NCBI GenBank assembly: GCA_017466825.1
Contig: JAFTTJ010000006.1
Coordinates: 33,368-97,367, forward strand
Source of the DNA: Clostridia bacterium
GTDB taxonomy: Bacteria > Bacillota > Clostridia > Christensenellales > Borkfalkiaceae
Direction: 5' to 3'
DNA: 64,000 bases
Program-made: the position numbers and the translations under genes
Part shown: one piece after another, positions 60,718 to 64,000 of the stretch
Numbering within the stretch: position 1 is the first letter of the stretch
Layout: every line of letters starts with the position of its first letter
Notes under the pieces: generated by a model
What the model was told of the DNA's origin: nothing
Databases searched by the model: none
What the model saw: only the letters and a program-made list of their open reading frames with translations

Positions 60718-62296
60718 AAAAATACTTAGCGTTATGTCGCTTATTCTATCGTTCGGCATATTTACCGGGTGTACGATAGGTGGCGGTGGTGGCGAAGACG
60801 ACGAGTCTACACCTATTATCGAATCCGTTGAAAAAGACGTCATGTTAGATTTAACGCCAACCGTTCCCGATGGCTACTTACAACTTTCCGTAGGTGACTC
60901 AAACGGCTATAAAACCGAAGGTTACGGATGTCAAGTTGATACTCATATCTTTAAAACGGCGTACAATAACTTTTACGGTGAAGAAGAGATGAACGAGTGG
61001 CTTGCTCGTGTGGACGATATGGAACTTCAGTCCATCAGAACGCAAATTTTCCCCGAATGGTACGAAAGGGGTAACGACAACGGATCGCCCAACGTGTTTA
61101 AAAAGACGAGTGAAAACGTAGATTTCAACTCTATCGAAATGCAACAACTTTATAGACTTTTAGATATCTGTGAAGAAAGAAACATCAAGGTTGATTTGAG
61201 TTTTTACGGCTGTAATAGAAATTTTGTGTCACAAGACGGTTTAATAAAAGGTTCTTGGCTTGCAAATTCTTATCAAAACAACTGGATAACAGCACCTAAA
61301 CTTGAAGATGAAAACGGCAATCCGTACCCAGGCTATGAAGAATTTGCCGAAGCTGTTTACGCTGCGTTAGATCATTTGCTAAACGTTAAAAAATATACTT
61401 GTTTATACGTTTTTAGTATTTTCCCCGAGCCAAACGGCTCTTTCCCTGATAAAAACGGATATTGCGACGACAACGAATATTTTAAACTTTGCAAAATTGT
61501 AAAAGAAAAACTCGTCGCAAAAAATCTTTGGGGTAAAGTTACTATGGCTGGACCGGGAGACTGCGCTAACGACCTTGAAAGATATAAAAATTACGTCAAC
61601 AACTTAAAGGACGTTTGCGAAACTAATACTTCTTCAGTATATAAATTTAACGACGAAAGCACCAACGCCGAAATGTACGAGTACGCTTACAATAACGTTC
61701 AAGCGTGTAAAGCAGTAGGCTGTACTTGGGGAGTGTGCGAAAGTGGTTCAAATAGGTTTATAGACCCTGCAAACCAGTCTGATATCGATACTTATAACAG
61801 AGCGATTTTTCTTGCGAGAACGGTAATAAACTATACTAACGCAGGTTGCACCAATATTAAATATTGGGTATTAAACGACGTAAATTACGGCGGTTATATA
61901 ATGCGTTTGGGACTTTGGAAGGAAATCGGCGAAGAATTTAACGCCGTCGCTCGTCCGCAGTTTTATACTTGGTCGCTCATCACTAAGTATACGGAATTTG
62001 GTAGCGATATTTATCCCGTTCAATCGTCTGATCCCGACGTGTGTATGGTAGCATATCGTTTGCCTAACGGCGCGTGGTCCTATTTGATTGCTAATAGCGG
62101 AAAATCAACCAAGAGAATTAGTATAACTAGTCTTCACAGTTCGGCTCAAAAGGTTATGAACGTATATTCGGTGTCGGGGACGACTTTGCCCAATAATAAC
62201 AGAACGGTTACGGCGTCGACTACAGCGCAGATGCAAGGTGGAATATTAAATATTACCCTTCGTTCTAACAGTTTTACTGTAATATCTAACAAATAA
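60710..62296 (+). CDS. lipoprotein, putative clan GH-A-like glycoside hydrolase (paralog 1)
   Basis: Lipobox FTGC. TIM-barrel-like pattern with candidate catalytic Glu residues in FPEPNG and CESGSN. About half of the residues are identical, by eye, to the next gene. Confidence 0.45.
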   Translation: MNKKILSVMSLILSFGIFTGCTIGGGGGEDDESTPIIESVEKDVMLDLTPTVPDGYLQLSVGDSNGYKTEGYGCQVDTHIFKTAYNNFYGEEEMNEWLARVDDMELQSIRTQIFPEWYERGNDNGSPNVFKKTSENVDFNSIEMQQLYRLLDICEERNIKVDLSFYGCNRNFVSQDGLIKGSWLANSYQNNWITAPKLEDENGNPYPGYEEFAEAVYAALDHLLNVKKYTCLYVFSIFPEPNGSFPDKNGYCDDNEYFKLCKIVKEKLVAKNLWGKVTMAGPGDCANDLERYKNYVNNLKDVCETNTSSVYKFNDESTNAEMYEYAYNNVQACKAVGCTWGVCESGSNRFIDPANQSDIDTYNRAIFLARTVINYTNAGCTNIKYWVLNDVNYGGYIMRLGLWKEIGEEFNAVARPQFYTWSLITKYTEFGSDIYPVQSSDPDVCMVAYRLPNGAWSYLIANSGKSTKRISITSLHSSAQKVMNVYSVSGTTLPNNNRTVTASTTAQMQGGILNITLRSNSFTVISNK

Positions 62297-62348
62297 AGAG
62301 TATTTTGCCACGTTGAATTTCACCGTGGCAAAATTAACAGGAGTAAAA

Positions 62349-63914
62349 ATGAAAAAAGTTTTTTTAAAGGCGTTGGCATTAATATGTTGCGCTATAATGC
62401 TGTTATCAGTGTGTTTTAGTTGTGGAGATCCTACTTCGGAAGTTGAATCAATCGAGCCACCTGTCGTTCCTGAAGGGTATACTCAACTTACCATAGGGGA
62501 AAGTAACGGTGTAAAAACCGAAGGTTACGGCGCTCAAATAGACACTCATATTTATAAGGCGTACAACAATATGTCTGACGTTGAGTTAAACGAAGCGTAC
62601 AGAAGAATTAAAGAAATGAATCTTCAAGCAATAAGGACGCAAGTTTTCCCCGAATGGTTTGAAAGGGGAAATGACAACGACGATTACAATAAATTTAACT
62701 ACGATAGCAAAAACGTAGATATGAATTCTATTGAAATGGAACAACTCTATCGTCTTTTAGATTTTTGCGAAGAGAACGGTATTTTAGTCGACCTTAGCGT
62801 TTACGGCTGTTGTGCAACGTTTGAATCTCAAGATTTAGATGAAAACGGATTGCCTAACGTACAGGGTACTTGGCTTGGAGTCCCCTTTACTAGAAGTTGG
62901 ATAACTTCGCCTAAACTCGTTGATGAACAAGGAAATCCTTTCCCGGGGCTTCAAGAATTTGCTGAAAACGTATACGCGCTTTTAAATTATATTTTAAACG
63001 TAAAACAATATACTTGCGTTTCTGAGTTTAGTATTTTCCCCGAGCCAAATCTTTCGTATTTTACGGCAGAACAAAGGGTAAGTCACAGTGAATTCGTTCA
63101 ACTTGCTAAAATTGTAAACGACAAGTTAAAGGCAGAAGGCATAAGAGATAAAATTAAATTCTCAGGACCTGCAGTTGCCCTTCAAAGCGCGATAGGCTTT
63201 AATATTTACGTTAACGACCTTGACGACGTGTTTGACAAATATACTATTTCATCTTATACCTACGACGATAAGGATAAGAACGAAACTTTATTGGATTATG
63301 GTTGGGCTATTAACGATATAGTAAGCGTTACGGGCAAAGAATGGGCAATCGCCGAATTTGGAAGTAAAAACGTTATCGACTCGGCAAACCAAACGGATAT
63401 TGATACTTACGACAGAGCGTTGTTTTTGGCAAGATATATGATTTCACTTGCAAACCAAGGTTGTTCGAGTATGAAATATTGGGAAATTTTCGATATGATG
63501 TATGGTTCGTTTATGATGAATCTAGGTCTTTGGAAGTTTAGAAATAACGATTGGGAAGCAAGACCGCAATATTACACTTGGTCTCTTATAACTAAGTATA
63601 CCGAAATCGGTAGCGAAATATATCCCATTACGACGGACGTTAAAAAAGACGGTGACGTCGTATCCGTTGCTTATAAACTTCCCGACGGAAAGTGGACTTA
63701 TATGATTTGTAACGTGGGTAGTTCAACTAAGAAAATTTCTTTTGTAAATACTAACTTTGGCGCGCCTTCTCAAATGAATCTCTATGAAGTAAGAGCGTCT
63801 AAATGTTCGGGCGAATGTACGCCTATTGAGGCAAGCGCAGTTTTAAACAGAGAAAAGGGCGCAATCAATTTAAAGGTTTATGCAAATAGTTTCGTAGTTT
63901 TATCTGAAAAATAA
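62349..63914 (+). CDS. lipoprotein, putative clan GH-A-like glycoside hydrolase (paralog 2)
   Basis: Lipobox-like CFSCG. Collinear with 60710-62296 (GVKTEGYGAQIDTHIYK, IRTQVFPEWFERGNDN, FPEPN, AEFGSKN). The ATG at 62349 follows AGGAG. Confidence 0.45.
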   Translation: MKKVFLKALALICCAIMLLSVCFSCGDPTSEVESIEPPVVPEGYTQLTIGESNGVKTEGYGAQIDTHIYKAYNNMSDVELNEAYRRIKEMNLQAIRTQVFPEWFERGNDNDDYNKFNYDSKNVDMNSIEMEQLYRLLDFCEENGILVDLSVYGCCATFESQDLDENGLPNVQGTWLGVPFTRSWITSPKLVDEQGNPFPGLQEFAENVYALLNYILNVKQYTCVSEFSIFPEPNLSYFTAEQRVSHSEFVQLAKIVNDKLKAEGIRDKIKFSGPAVALQSAIGFNIYVNDLDDVFDKYTISSYTYDDKDKNETLLDYGWAINDIVSVTGKEWAIAEFGSKNVIDSANQTDIDTYDRALFLARYMISLANQGCSSMKYWEIFDMMYGSFMMNLGLWKFRNNDWEARPQYYTWSLITKYTEIGSEIYPITTDVKKDGDVVSVAYKLPDGKWTYMICNVGSSTKKISFVNTNFGAPSQMNLYEVRASKCSGECTPIEASAVLNREKGAINLKVYANSFVVLSEK

Positions 63915-63926
63915 TTGGAGTAGAGC

Positions 63927-64000
63927 ATGAAAGATTTAAGAGCAAAATATTACGATTTATTTAAGAGCGAATTGTTTGATTCTTGCGTACCGTTTTGGCT
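63927..64000 (+). CDS. partial ORF (N-terminus only), possibly N-acylglucosamine 2-epimerase-like
   Basis: MKDLRAKYYDLFKSELFDSCVPFW... follows GGAG. Only 24 codons are visible, so the assignment is very tentative. Confidence 0.25.
   Translation, partial: MKDLRAKYYDLFKSELFDSCVPFW

Overview
This 64-kb window looks like a chromosomal segment of a low-GC Gram-positive (Clostridia-like) bacterium, judged from gene content, sigma-A type promoters and gene order. All calls come from reading the sequence and ORF track, with no database searches. Housekeeping blocks are prmA-mtaB-HIT-rpsU (4.2-7.1 kb), rpmG-secE-nusG-rplK-rplA-rplJ-rplL with an L10-leader-like region (8.8-12.2 kb), and minD/minE-htpG-cls-rubrerythrin (34.9-40.8 kb). 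Two tRNAs are present: tRNA-Leu(CAG) on the minus strand at 1.3 kb and tRNA-Ser(UGA) at 41.7 kb.

The most unusual content is a tight operon at 14.1-18.9 kb. It encodes a YdjI-like SPFH protein with two zinc ribbons, a small coiled-coil protein, two ESCRT-III/Snf7-like proteins (one with a MIM1-like C-terminal helix), and an ATPase with an MIT-like N-terminus and two AAA+ domains. A giant zinc-ribbon/TIR/TPR/transmembrane/GLUG-like protein and a coupled 4-TM protein follow at 19.0-23.0 kb. I read this as a candidate bacterial ESCRT-III/Vps4-like membrane-remodelling module, possibly coupled to a TIR effector. This is a hypothesis.

Downstream of tRNA-Ser lies a series of integrase-less island remnants bounded by copies of the tRNA 3' end. 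They carry a DpnII/MboI-type GATC restriction-modification system (HTH-Dam methylase, endonuclease, second methylase), an AT-rich orphan P-loop NTPase, and a MuF-motif/DUF6883-like plus double DUF4926-like gene pair.

Other content:
- Surface lipoproteins, one BspA-type LRR and one with 30-bp and 300-bp tandem repeats.
- A YfhO-family membrane protein.
- A Gram-positive-style carbohydrate utilisation locus at 53.9-64 kb: an AraC regulator, LplABC-like ABC transporter components, secreted proteins with a Cys-containing C-terminal sorting-like signal, and two paralogous hydrolase-like lipoproteins.
- Several families of structured intergenic repeats, one of which separates minD from minE.
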